A stretch of 64,000 nucleotides of DNA from Candidatus Micrarchaeota archaeon (GCA_043805855.1 JAZDHP010000005.1:11480-75479), one strand, 5' to 3'; numbered from the stretch's first letter, positions 39,419 to 48,195 are shown. Made by a program: numbers and translations. Notes: generated by a model from the sequence alone, not told the origin.

Positions 39419-40603
39419 ATGGCAACTGTTGAAACTCCTGAAAGTAGATTTTTTGCGCCGATGTCTAGGCATGGTTGGCTTCCTGGCGCGTTTAAAACCG
39501 CGATTCATCGCGATCTTGGCAAAAAGCCGGAAACGGCACAAACGCTACGCGAAATTGGCAACCACTTTGTAACAATAAGCAACGTACAACTCGCCAAACC
39601 AGCAATTGAACAAGCAACCCAAACGCTCAAAACACACGGCGCACAAAAAGCACTACAACACTTATTGAGAGAAGCTAAGCGTATTGCAACTGAATCACAA
39701 CCTGTTGCTCCGAAAAGAGTTCTGCGTCCTCCAAAACCCCCGGCTTCTTCAAGCGCAACTGGAGAAAGATTATCACAAGACCCTGCGGTACCAATAGCCG
39801 AAAGCGACATAGTTGAAGCTACTTCTATTCCAATTCCACGCGGTCCACCTAGACCTGGAGAAAAACCGCCCGCGCCTGACCGCGCTTTAAAAGTACCGCA
39901 ACGCGCTTTTGACGAACGCTTACTTTCGTTCAGAATTTCTGCAATTGACCACCAAACTCTTCAAGGCGCATTGCCAAAGCAGTTACTTGAAGAAATTATA
40001 AAAGAGGATATAACAGGTTTTAGATTAAAGAACATCGCAGACAATGTACGCAGGGCAACAACCGCCACTCCTTTAATTGAACGTAGCTTTAGAACCACAC
40101 TAGGCGCAGTTGTTTTGCGAACAGAAACTTTAAAGACACCTGCAGAAAAGCTTACGCACTTAAAACAACAAATTGAAACTCTAGCAACTTGGGCACAGCA
40201 CTATGCAGATAACAGAAAAATTCACCCGTACGCACTTGATGCGCTCACACAAGCACATGGAAAGAGACTCGGCTCAAAAACACACGTTACGCCAGAAACA
40301 CTTGCAAGTGACTTACAAGCAGATGGACTGAAATACAACTGCGTTTCAGAACCAGGCACTGAAAGTATCTTAATCTCACCAAACTCAATCAAAGCCAGAC
40401 GGAACAAAACTTCTCTAATCGCTGCAGTTGTAGGCGAATTTGACCCAACGCACTTTAATGCAACTCCGTATATGCTTAATTCAGACAAACTAATAGTTCT
40501 CCCAAGAACAGAACAAGCTAGAAAATTCTTAAGAGCAATTCCAAGACAGCCAACCTGGAGAGAAAAACTAGCAAAAATCTTTACACGCAAAAAGAAAAAG
40601 TGA
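39419..40603 (+). CDS. RHGWLP family paralogue 3
   Basis: MSRHGWLPG, a 40-nt stretch identical to 30783..32120 (aacgctacgcgaaattggcaaccactttgtaacaataagc), FDPTHF, and an RKKKK tail. Confidence 0.7.
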   Translation: MATVETPESRFFAPMSRHGWLPGAFKTAIHRDLGKKPETAQTLREIGNHFVTISNVQLAKPAIEQATQTLKTHGAQKALQHLLREAKRIATESQPVAPKRVLRPPKPPASSSATGERLSQDPAVPIAESDIVEATSIPIPRGPPRPGEKPPAPDRALKVPQRAFDERLLSFRISAIDHQTLQGALPKQLLEEIIKEDITGFRLKNIADNVRRATTATPLIERSFRTTLGAVVLRTETLKTPAEKLTHLKQQIETLATWAQHYADNRKIHPYALDALTQAHGKRLGSKTHVTPETLASDLQADGLKYNCVSEPGTESILISPNSIKARRNKTSLIAAVVGEFDPTHFNATPYMLNSDKLIVLPRTEQARKFLRAIPRQPTWREKLAKIFTRKKKK

Positions 40604-40621
40604 ATTTACAAACGATTTAAT

Positions 40622-41161
40622 ATGCCAAAAATATTATCTGAGAAGACAACCCACGTCGGTAAACTTTTCCACGTGAAGCAAGTTAAGCTGCGATTTCCTA
40701 GTGGCGAGTACCTCCATGAGTATACTGATTCCAACACGAGAAAAAGCGCCATGATAGTTCCCGTTGATGACAATGGAAAAATAATTTTAATAGAAACTTA
40801 TTGCACCGCGATGAAAAAGCGAGAGTTAATGTGTCCAGTTGGACTAATTGAAAAAAGCGAAACTGCGGCTCAAGCCGCGCGGCGCGAGTGTCAAGAAGAA
40901 ATTGGCTTTCTACCGCGAACATTGCAACACATCGGCGCAGTTGAAACTTCTCCTAGTTACATTGTGCACACGAGCGAGTTGTTCATTGGAACACAATTAG
41001 TTCCTAGCAAGCTAGAGGGAGACGAGCCTGAAGAAATGAAAATCGTGCGCGTTTCGTGGAAGCAAATTGCACAGTTGATAAAGAAAAAGAAAATCCAATA
41101 CGCAACAACAATAGCAGCGCTGCTAATGGCGGAAAAAATATTAAAGCGAAATACAAAATGA
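40622..41161 (+). CDS. NUDIX hydrolase (ADP-ribose pyrophosphatase/NudE-like)
   Basis: Nudix box GLIEKSETAAQAARRECQEEIG and GDEPE. Confidence 0.88.
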   Translation: MPKILSEKTTHVGKLFHVKQVKLRFPSGEYLHEYTDSNTRKSAMIVPVDDNGKIILIETYCTAMKKRELMCPVGLIEKSETAAQAARRECQEEIGFLPRTLQHIGAVETSPSYIVHTSELFIGTQLVPSKLEGDEPEEMKIVRVSWKQIAQLIKKKKIQYATTIAALLMAEKILKRNTK

Positions 41162-41176
41162 GGTGACTAAGCTTGT

Positions 41177-41458
41177 ATGAAACTATATAAAATTAGAATT
41201 ATTAAGCAGGACGAAAGAGGAATAATTTATGATTGTGGCAAGTCGCGTTTTATTTCTCGAAAGAAAAATACAGTTAGCGCCAATCATAAACACAAAGATT
41301 CTGAAATCGGGTATCTAGTTAAAGGAGAAGTGGAATTAACAATTGGCAATGAGACAAAAATTATCAAAGCGCCAATAAGGTTCAAAATGGGCGCCAATAT
41401 TTACCATAAACTAGTTGCGCTAAGCGATATAGAGATCGTTATTGAACGGAACTACTGA
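41177..41458 (+). CDS. Cupin-domain protein
   Basis: H.H...EIGYLVKGEV...N.YH metal-binding pattern. Confidence 0.75.
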   Translation: MKLYKIRIIKQDERGIIYDCGKSRFISRKKNTVSANHKHKDSEIGYLVKGEVELTIGNETKIIKAPIRFKMGANIYHKLVALSDIEIVIERNY

Positions 41459-41540
41459 GTTTTCAGAAAAAATTAGCTAAACAGCTATCTATACCTGGAT
41501 GAGCAAGCAAAAGCTCACACTGACTAATTTTTAAAAATAA

Positions 41541-41561
41541 TTCGAAAAAAGTTTTTAAGGC
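41541..41561 (+). repeat. 21-bp direct repeat, copy 1
   Basis: ttcgaaaaaagtttttaaggc, identical to 44004..44024. Confidence 0.85.
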
Positions 41562-41623
41562 ACAAAACCTAGTGCCTACGTTTAACCACTATATTTAAAT
41601 ATAAGTAGGCACCATGTTTAGCT

Positions 41624-42544
41624 ATGGCATTTGTTCGGAGAAAGAAAAAGGGGAACACTTTCTTTTATGAATTAGTTGAAAATACGTGGGAAAAGGGAAA
41701 AACAAAACAAAAGGTAGTACAATATTTCCCTACACTGGAAGCGGCTAATCTTTATTGCGAGCAAAGGGGAATACACAAACTAGAAACAAAGCTACTAATT
41801 TCACCACACTTAGAAAAACAATTAAACGAAAATTTAGATATCCTAAACAAAGCGAGGCCGTTGCCAGAAAGTACCCTTAAGAACTTGAAGGACATTTTTG
41901 AAATCGAAATAACATATAACTCCAATGCAATCGAGGGAAATAGGTTAACGCTTCGAGAAACTTGGCTCGTTATTAGAAAGGGAATGACAATCGGCGGTAA
42001 AACTGTTGAAGAACACCTGGAAGCAAAAAATCACGCTGAAGCACTTGAATTTTTGTACGAATTAGTTGACAAGGGAAGAGAAATTAAAGAAAATGACGTT
42101 TTACAGTTGCATAAGCTAGTGCTTGACAAAATTAGTTCAGAGTACGCTGGAAAATACCGAGACAGGCAAGTTTTCATTTCAGGCGCAACGCATATTCCCC
42201 CTGCGGCTTCTGAAGTTCCTAAGCTAATGAAACAAGTTATTATTGAACTGAACAATCGCGACAAAAAAACAAAGGCAGTTATTTCAGCATCTAAAGTACA
42301 TTACTTAACAACTAAAATTCACCCGTTTATTGATGGCAACGGGAGAGTAGCGAGGCTGTTGCTAAACTTGCGCTTAATGCGCGCAGGGTTTCCGCCAGTT
42401 GTATTACACAAAACTGAGAGAAGGAGTTACTACTCTGCACTTGAAAAAGCCGACGATGGCGACTTATACCCAATAACAACCTTAATAGCAAAGAACATAG
42501 AAAAATCACTAGAAACTTACCTAAGTGCACTGGAAAAAAAGTAA
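41624..42544 (+). CDS. fic: Fic family protein (AMPylase)
   Basis: HPFIDGNGRVAR catalytic motif and N-terminal inhibitory motif SNAIEGN (class II). Confidence 0.93.
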   Translation: MAFVRRKKKGNTFFYELVENTWEKGKTKQKVVQYFPTLEAANLYCEQRGIHKLETKLLISPHLEKQLNENLDILNKARPLPESTLKNLKDIFEIEITYNSNAIEGNRLTLRETWLVIRKGMTIGGKTVEEHLEAKNHAEALEFLYELVDKGREIKENDVLQLHKLVLDKISSEYAGKYRDRQVFISGATHIPPAASEVPKLMKQVIIELNNRDKKTKAVISASKVHYLTTKIHPFIDGNGRVARLLLNLRLMRAGFPPVVLHKTERRSYYSALEKADDGDLYPITTLIAKNIEKSLETYLSALEKK

Positions 42545-42565
42545 AATAAAGTGAAAAAATAAAAA

Positions 42566-43273
42566 ATGGCAAAAGTTGTACTTGTTTGGAACGAGCACCC
42601 GACAGAAGTAGTTGCGGGTTTCCACGCGAGGAAAGTTGCTGAAATTCTGCGCGAAAAATATGGACACGAAGTTATACTAGAAAAGATTCCAGTAAGCGAA
42701 ACGAATTATGGAATAATCCGAGACGAACCTAGTCCAAAAGTTGCAGCAGAGCGTCTAGCAAAACTTAAAGGCTCAAGTTTAATTGCAGAGGACTACGCTA
42801 GAAAATACGGCGCGCCTGCATTTAACTTTCATGCATCACCCACTATGGCTCAAGGACAATCTGGCAGAAAACCGGCGTGGCGGTTTAAAGTGGGCAAAAC
42901 AGACCCAACTAAAAGAACCTGGACTCAACATGAAATTGACTTTTTACCTTGGAAACAAGGAACTGTAATCGAATTACCTGGAGAGTTATACGCCTCAGGC
43001 GCGGGCTCCCTTGGAAGAATGGAAGTAAAACGAACAAGAGTTGAAGATGAAGCGAAAAAACTTCAAGGAGATGCTAAGATAGTTGCAGAAATGGCAAGTC
43101 AAATTAACTACGTTAGTTTGTCAATGCCGTTGCATGAAGAAACGCAAAAGAAGTATTTATCGCCAATAATTTCCCGCAAAATAGCGGCGGCCATTCATAA
43201 ACAAGTTACCGGGGAGAAATGGTTCCACATTGGGAGAAAATTGAAAAGAGTTATAAACCGTAATCGAGTCTGA
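42566..43273 (+). CDS. NEHPTE family paralogue 3
   Basis: VVLVWNEHPTE, FNFHA, IELPG, KIAAAIH. Confidence 0.7.
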   Translation: MAKVVLVWNEHPTEVVAGFHARKVAEILREKYGHEVILEKIPVSETNYGIIRDEPSPKVAAERLAKLKGSSLIAEDYARKYGAPAFNFHASPTMAQGQSGRKPAWRFKVGKTDPTKRTWTQHEIDFLPWKQGTVIELPGELYASGAGSLGRMEVKRTRVEDEAKKLQGDAKIVAEMASQINYVSLSMPLHEETQKKYLSPIISRKIAAAIHKQVTGEKWFHIGRKLKRVINRNRV

Positions 43274-43278
43274 AAAAC

Positions 43279-43971
43279 ATGGCAAAAGTAGTACTTGTTT
43301 GGAACGAGCACCCGACAGAAGTAGTTGCGGGTTTCCACGCGAGGAAAGTTGCTGCGATTCTGCGCGAAAAATATGGACACGAAGTTGTATTAGAAAAAAT
43401 CCCAGTAAAAGAAACTAACTATGGAATTGCTACAGCTTTAGATTCCGGAACATCAGCACTAAATATAGCTGCTAAAATAGATAAATTAAAACCATCCATA
43501 CAAAGGGCTCGAGAACTTGCAGAAAAGCACAGTGCAGTTGTATTCAATTTTCACGCAGCTGAATCTGCTAGAATGGCAGACGCAGATAAGAAAGAACCAA
43601 AAGAATTTCGCGTTATGAATATTAAAGATAGCGAAGAACATTATCCCGCAGAAATCACAATACAAGCCAAAGATAGAGAACAAAAACACCACGTAATCGA
43701 ATTACCAGGAATACAAATAAATTTGCCAACTAAAAAAAGAGAAAAGGCACTTGAACGAATTAGAAAAATTCTAGAAGCTGCAAAACACTTAAAAAGATCA
43801 GACCCCGTAGAGAAATACATTACACAAGTAAGGCTTAATGTCGAACTACACGAATACTATCACGCGCAAAGAATGGCAGTAACCGATTCAGCACAAAAAA
43901 AATACCTTTCGCCAGCAATTTCTGAAAAAATCGCAGCCGCAATCCACGAACGAATAACAAGACAGCGCTAG
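43279..43971 (+). CDS. NEHPTE family paralogue 4
   Basis: Same motifs. The first ~145 nt are near-identical to paralogue 3. Confidence 0.7.
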   Translation: MAKVVLVWNEHPTEVVAGFHARKVAAILREKYGHEVVLEKIPVKETNYGIATALDSGTSALNIAAKIDKLKPSIQRARELAEKHSAVVFNFHAAESARMADADKKEPKEFRVMNIKDSEEHYPAEITIQAKDREQKHHVIELPGIQINLPTKKREKALERIRKILEAAKHLKRSDPVEKYITQVRLNVELHEYYHAQRMAVTDSAQKKYLSPAISEKIAAAIHERITRQR

Positions 43972-44003
43972 CGCTAATCTAATTCTAAATTAAAATAAAA
44001 AGT

Positions 44004-44024
44004 TTCGAAAAAAGTTTTTAAGGC
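44004..44024 (+). repeat. 21-bp direct repeat, copy 2
   Basis: Identical to 41541..41561. Confidence 0.85.
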
Positions 44025-44357
44025 TGATATTTAACGAGCTGTTAAGCAGGATTAGAGGGAAGAGAAAAGCCAGTATTAATAATAATTTTGGCAATGGCAG
44101 TGTAGATATTACTATGTTTTTTGTATTGACCTTTAGTGACCGTTAGCTCGCCACTCGCCCTTACGGGCTCGCGGTTTACACTTCGATTCTATCAAACCCA
44201 TCTGCTATGGGCGGTCTAAGCTGGCTCGTTTTAGGATTGACTTCGTCCTTAGATGCTTTCAGGACTTATCCAAATAGCGCGTGGCTACGCTGCGTGCCGT
44301 TTAAATCCAATTGACAACAGCTTAACTAGCGGCGCCGATTCCCCGTTCCTCTCGTAC

Positions 44358-45056
44358 TTAGGGAGTCTTACCCTCAGCCAGCAATGCACTTCTAGGAGAT
44401 GCCACCGAACTGTCTTTGTCGCCTTTCTTAACAGCTTTCAACAATTCAAAACGTAAAATCTTGTCATTATGACAAGAACCAACAAAATTATAGAATTTCA
44501 AAACTTCAGCACTTCCATGAATAATCAAGGCATACATCTTTACAGAAGTGCCTTTTTTCACGTAAGGGCCGCATACGCGGCCACACTTGATTCCAAAATT
44601 CAATATTATTTTTCTTATTTCTTCAAGAACACCTTTATTGGCCTGAGCGAGGTAAATTCGAATGTTTGCTTCAGGAACTATTCCCATTTTTTCAAAAGAG
44701 TTTATACTTCCTTCAGCGTCGAAAAAACCTTTAACATAAGCTGCTTTTACTTCTTGCGAACCACAATAAATCCAACTTGGAGTTAACCAAGTAGCTTGAT
44801 CGCCCGTAAATTCAGCTAATTTTGAAAGTTTTTGAAAAACTTCCTTTGATGTTATACTCAAGCACCAGACACCATGTCTCTTGTCAAGATAAAAACTTGG
44901 TTTTTTGTTAAAATTATTTATTATAATTCTAGAAAGAACCTCAAGCCATTCTTTATTTTTTTGATAAAGCCGAATGCGATAAATTCCTTCTTTAGGAACG
45001 ATGGAAAAACTTCCATCTCGCAGTGTCCCAATCAAATAAGCTACTTCTTTATTCAT
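44358..45056 (-). CDS. LAGLIDADG homing endonuclease (two motifs), reads through the 3' splice site
   Basis: AYLIGTLRDGS and YVKGFFDAEGS. The last ~19 codons are 23S exon sequence. Confidence 0.9.
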   Translation of the reverse strand: MNKEVAYLIGTLRDGSFSIVPKEGIYRIRLYQKNKEWLEVLSRIIINNFNKKPSFYLDKRHGVWCLSITSKEVFQKLSKLAEFTGDQATWLTPSWIYCGSQEVKAAYVKGFFDAEGSINSFEKMGIVPEANIRIYLAQANKGVLEEIRKIILNFGIKCGRVCGPYVKKGTSVKMYALIIHGSAEVLKFYNFVGSCHNDKILRFELLKAVKKGDKDSSVASPRSALLAEGKTP

Positions 45057-45146
45057 AGCTTGAGAACGGATTTTTAGTTTTTAAATCTTAAGCGACACGT
45101 GCTTGCCGGTGTTCCAGTGAATTGTTTACTTTTTGCTAAGAGAGGT
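44416..45146 (-). mobile_element. 23S BHB intron (~E. coli 2597/2598) with LAGLIDADG ORF
   Basis: Central helix GTCG/CGAC, bulges CG^A and AA^A. Excision restores GTCGCG-AGACAG. Confidence 0.9.
45078..45110 (-). promoter_or_regulatory. Conserved motif + TATA upstream of intron endonuclease
   Basis: ACCGGCAAGCACGTGT, 9 nt, then TTTAAAAA. TATA starts 29 nt before the ATG. Confidence 0.7.
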
Positions 45147-45266
45147 CGCGACGTTCTGAACCCAACTAACGTGACTTTTTAATGGATGAACAACCCAACC
45201 CTTGGTGGCTCCTGCACCACCAGGATAAGTCGAGCCGATAGCGATGTACCAAACCGCGCCGTCGAT

Positions 45267-45542
45267 ATATTCAATCGAAAACACCTTTGCAGATGTTTTA
45301 TCAAAACCGCAGAAGAAAAATAAATTCACTTCCGGATTCTGAAACGAACAAACGGAGCCTACGAGTCGTATGGTTCAAATGTTCTTGCGTTTCTCCCTTT
45401 TTTACAAAGTTAACACTGATCTGAAAAAGCCACTAACAATTAAATTAATTCCTAGTTGCAATTCTATCTAGTGCAACTTTGCCAAGGAAAAACGAAGACT
45501 TTGAATAAACTCGTTGGTTCTATTGCCGAATGTTCATGAAAA
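45267..45542 (-). mobile_element. 23S BHB intron (~2477/2478), 276 nt, no intact ORF
   Basis: Helix GTTC/GAAT, bulges AT^T and AT^A. Excision restores GAGTTCAT-ATCGAC. Confidence 0.85.
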
Positions 45543-45603
45543 ATGAACTCTCGGGCGCGACGAGCCTGTATAGAGTTTTCGATTTCAATTCATCACTAGC
45601 AAA

Positions 45604-46170
45604 TTAAAATAATTTGTTTAAAGCATTTAGCTTTTCTGGATGCTCGATGCCAATACAATCGCGAAAACGTGCAATGTTCTGCACGCCGCGTATGTTTAGC
45701 TGCCCAATGTCTCTGGAATTAGTTATCTTGTTAGAAACTATTCCAAAACTTTCAAGCATCTGCGCTATAAGCGCAAGTTTCAACGTGTCTTTTTGGTATA
45801 TTTCAATTCTATAAGACGTTCCAGGTTTTCTTTTTGGAACGCTCCCCTCTGCGTCGAAAAATCCCCTTATGAAATGTGCTTTCACTTGAAGATCTTCATC
45901 CAACAGAGAAGGTAGATTTTGCATTGCGTTTTTTATTTCAAAAAACGCTTGCTTTGAATATATCCTTACTCGATAAAGTTCGCCTTTTGCCTCGCGTTTT
46001 CTAACTTTTGTATATTTGCCATAGACTTTTTCAAATCTAGGTAAAATAGAATTAGCGAGCCAAGCGGCTACTTTCTGCTCATACTCAATACAATATTCCC
46101 CTCTTGCCTTGCATTGATACAAACAACCATCACCAAAAGCGCCTAGTAAATAGGCGAAATCTTGATTCAT
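45604..46170 (-). CDS. LAGLIDADG homing endonuclease (two motifs)
   Basis: AYLLGAFGDGC and FIRGFFDAEGS. Confidence 0.92.
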   Translation of the reverse strand: MNQDFAYLLGAFGDGCLYQCKARGEYCIEYEQKVAAWLANSILPRFEKVYGKYTKVRKREAKGELYRVRIYSKQAFFEIKNAMQNLPSLLDEDLQVKAHFIRGFFDAEGSVPKRKPGTSYRIEIYQKDTLKLALIAQMLESFGIVSNKITNSRDIGQLNIRGVQNIARFRDCIGIEHPEKLNALNKLF

Positions 46171-46191
46171 ATTGATTGCAAGGAAATGTTG

Positions 46192-46224
46192 AATTTAAAG
46201 CTTGAGCTACACGTCGTTGCCAGT
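46192..46224 (-). promoter_or_regulatory. Conserved motif + TATA upstream of intron endonuclease
   Basis: ACTGGCAACGACGTGT, 9 nt, then TTTAAATT. TATA starts 29 nt before the ATG. Confidence 0.7.
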
Positions 46225-46491
46225 GATTTTGCGAATTGAAAACGAAATTACCCCCAGGGTAGCTTGTCTGTCAGAAAGGACTCCCATTAACGGAGATGCC
46301 TTTGTTCGTTAAGCCCCACTTTCGTGTCTGCGTTCCATTTTGTTAAGAACACAGTCAGGCCAGCATTTGTCTTTAACCCTCTACAGCGGATTTCTAACCC
46401 GCTTGAGCTGACCATTAGGCGCCTTTGTTATTTTTTCGAAGGCGTACCGCTTACTGGCTTTCCATAGCAAGCAAAAGTCCATAAAAAATAT

Positions 46492-46550
46492 TTTACTTAA
46501 CGAAGCAAATGCTTCGTTAAGGCCTTACACCTTTTAAGGTGTAAGTTAAC
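46492..46550. repeat. Double-hairpin element, copy 1
   Basis: CTTAACGAAGC-AAAT-GCTTCGTTAAG, GC, CTTACACCTT-TT-AAGGTGTAAG. Inverted copy at 51696..51754. Confidence 0.9.
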
Positions 46551-46581
46551 CGGCACGGAGGTGTCGGTTAAAGTTTAAAAG
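46549..46581 (+). promoter_or_regulatory. Conserved motif + TATA upstream of the antisense intron endonuclease
   Basis: ACCGGCACGGAGGTGT, 9 nt, then TTTAAAAG on the + strand. TATA starts 32 nt before ATG 46606. Confidence 0.68.
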
Positions 46582-46605
46582 CAACTAACTTCATCTCTTT
46601 GGTCG

Positions 46606-47271
46606 ATGGATGAAAATTTAGCTACGCTTATTGGCATGTTATTGTCAGATGGATCTGTATATTTCGACAAATCCAAGGGAACCTATTGTATTCAGTTCAC
46701 TAACAAAAACAGCCAAATGCTTGAGTATTTCAAATTTTTAGTTCTCCAATGTTTTGGACGGCGCAATTTTCACATTAATAAATGTAAAAACGCGGTTTCT
46801 GTTCGCTTCTTCTCTAAAGGAATTGCTGAATTTCTTTTTACATTTTCTCCATCTTTCAGAACCTTGCGGTTTAAAAATGGAACGTATCCAGAAACTAGAA
46901 TTCCAAAAGAAGTGTTTGCTGAACAAAAATTCGCCGTTGCATTTCTACGCGCTTATGCGTCTTGCGATGGATGTATTTATTCCAACGAAAGTCACAACGC
47001 AGTTATAGAAATTGCATGCGTTCATCCTAAATTGAAACAGCAACTTTTTGAGTTACTTGAAACTCTCGGAATCGAAAGTTTAGTAACTGCAAAAGGAATT
47101 CGAATTTATCGTAGAAGCGAAGTTGAAAAATTCGCAACTACAATTCGTTTCCTTCCAGAAAGTACCGTTGTTCAATCTAGTTCTCCTAACTTAGGAAAAC
47201 TAAAGAATGAAATTTTGGACTCTTGTTTATCTTGCCACAAGAAAACACCCAGTCAAACTATCCACCTGTAG
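46606..47271 (+). CDS. LAGLIDADG homing endonuclease, antisense to 23S
   Basis: ATLIGMLLSDGS and FLRAYASCDGC. The stop codon lies 24 nt into the antisense of the 5' exon. Confidence 0.9.
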   Translation: MDENLATLIGMLLSDGSVYFDKSKGTYCIQFTNKNSQMLEYFKFLVLQCFGRRNFHINKCKNAVSVRFFSKGIAEFLFTFSPSFRTLRFKNGTYPETRIPKEVFAEQKFAVAFLRAYASCDGCIYSNESHNAVIEIACVHPKLKQQLFELLETLGIESLVTAKGIRIYRRSEVEKFATTIRFLPESTVVQSSSPNLGKLKNEILDSCLSCHKKTPSQTIHL

Positions 47272-47666
47272 CTGTTCCACTTCTTACATGAAGTGGTGAG
47301 ATTCGCAGTCAAAGCAGAGCAGTGTTACACTTTCGCCTATTCGCACCCCGGAAGGTGCGACATAGCGGCTCCTGCTTACGCTGTGCAGTTTCAACCGTGA
47401 ATCAACCACAGGCTATAGTTAAGCTCCATGGGGTCTTCGTTTCCCCCTAGAAGTTCCTGGCATGTTCACCAGGTAGTAAGTTCACCAGGTCCAAAGCAGG
47501 GACAGTGGGAGGCTCGTTACGCCATTCATGCGAGCCGCCAATTAAGCGGCGAGGTATTACGCTCATGTCTGTTACACGCGTTTAAAAAATACGCGGGGTC
47601 AACCATTTCTGTTGACCTCTGCATATCGCTATGCAGATCGGACTATATCTTCACCATTTCTGGCGT

Positions 47667-48131
47667 TTAGCGTATAGTCTCTGAGGATTCTAAATAAAAC
47701 GGAATCGTCTTTCTGTTCATTGTGGAAATTATTCCAGCTATTTTGTCAAGTCCTTCCTTTGTTAAGTGTTGCTTTGCTTCCATGATTGAAAGAATTTCTG
47801 CAAATTTTTCCAAGTTCTTTTGTTTGGAAGTTTGCAATTTGTACCGTTTGAAGAATTCTACTATTAATTTCAAATTCTTTAAACCGCGTACGCGAAATTC
47901 TTTTCGATCACCGTGGTTTACAGTTACTTCTCCAAAACCAAAATATTCTTTGATTCGGTAAAGCACTTGTTCATCACGTTGATGCTGCACAACTCTAAAT
48001 TCTGGAAGAACCGTCCAGCCGGCGGACATTTTCTCTAGCTTGTTTATAGCTACATGAAAACATCCTTCTCCGTCAACGAACCCAACGATCCAGTTTGGAT
48101 TTAGTCTTTCCTGCTGATTGTCTGCACTCAT
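47667..48131 (-). CDS. Single-motif LAGLIDADG homing endonuclease in group I intron
   Basis: WIVGFVDGEGCF, F.V.QH..D..VL..I...FG.G. Probable start MSADNQQERL at 48131. The ends overlap the intron core elements. Confidence 0.9.
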   Translation of the reverse strand: MSADNQQERLNPNWIVGFVDGEGCFHVAINKLEKMSAGWTVLPEFRVVQHQRDEQVLYRIKEYFGFGEVTVNHGDRKEFRVRGLKNLKLIVEFFKRYKLQTSKQKNLEKFAEILSIMEAKQHLTKEGLDKIAGIISTMNRKTIPFYLESSETIR

Positions 48132-48160
48132 AACATTGTCATTACAGCTCACGTGTTTTT

Positions 48161-48195
48161 GATTTAAATTTAAATCGCAACACGTCATTGCCGGT
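48161..48195 (-). promoter_or_regulatory. Conserved motif + TATA in the group I intron
   Basis: ACCGGCAATGACGTGT followed by TGCGA-TTTAAATTTAAAT. Confidence 0.65.

Larger units (their letters stand above)
45570..46248 (-). mobile_element. 23S BHB intron (~2450/2451) with LAGLIDADG ORF
   Basis: Excision restores GGGGGTA-ACAGGCT. Terminal intron stem TTTCG..TTTCAATT / AATTGAAA.CGAAA. Confidence 0.9.
46451..47247 (-). mobile_element. 23S BHB intron in the P-loop (~2252/2253) carrying an antisense LAGLIDADG ORF
   Basis: Helix ACTG/CAGT, bulges GG^T and AA^G, intron stem GTTTTC/GAAAGC. Excision restores ACTGGG-GCGG. Confidence 0.9.

Noticed and set aside
42566..43971. Diversity-generating retroelement as the cause of NEHPTE family variation
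   Set aside because: No reverse transcriptase in the window and no template/variable repeat pair with adenine-specific differences.
43972..44120. 5S rRNA after 23S
   Set aside because: No 5S-like sequence. The segment is the processing stem and T-rich trailer, so 5S is presumably unlinked.
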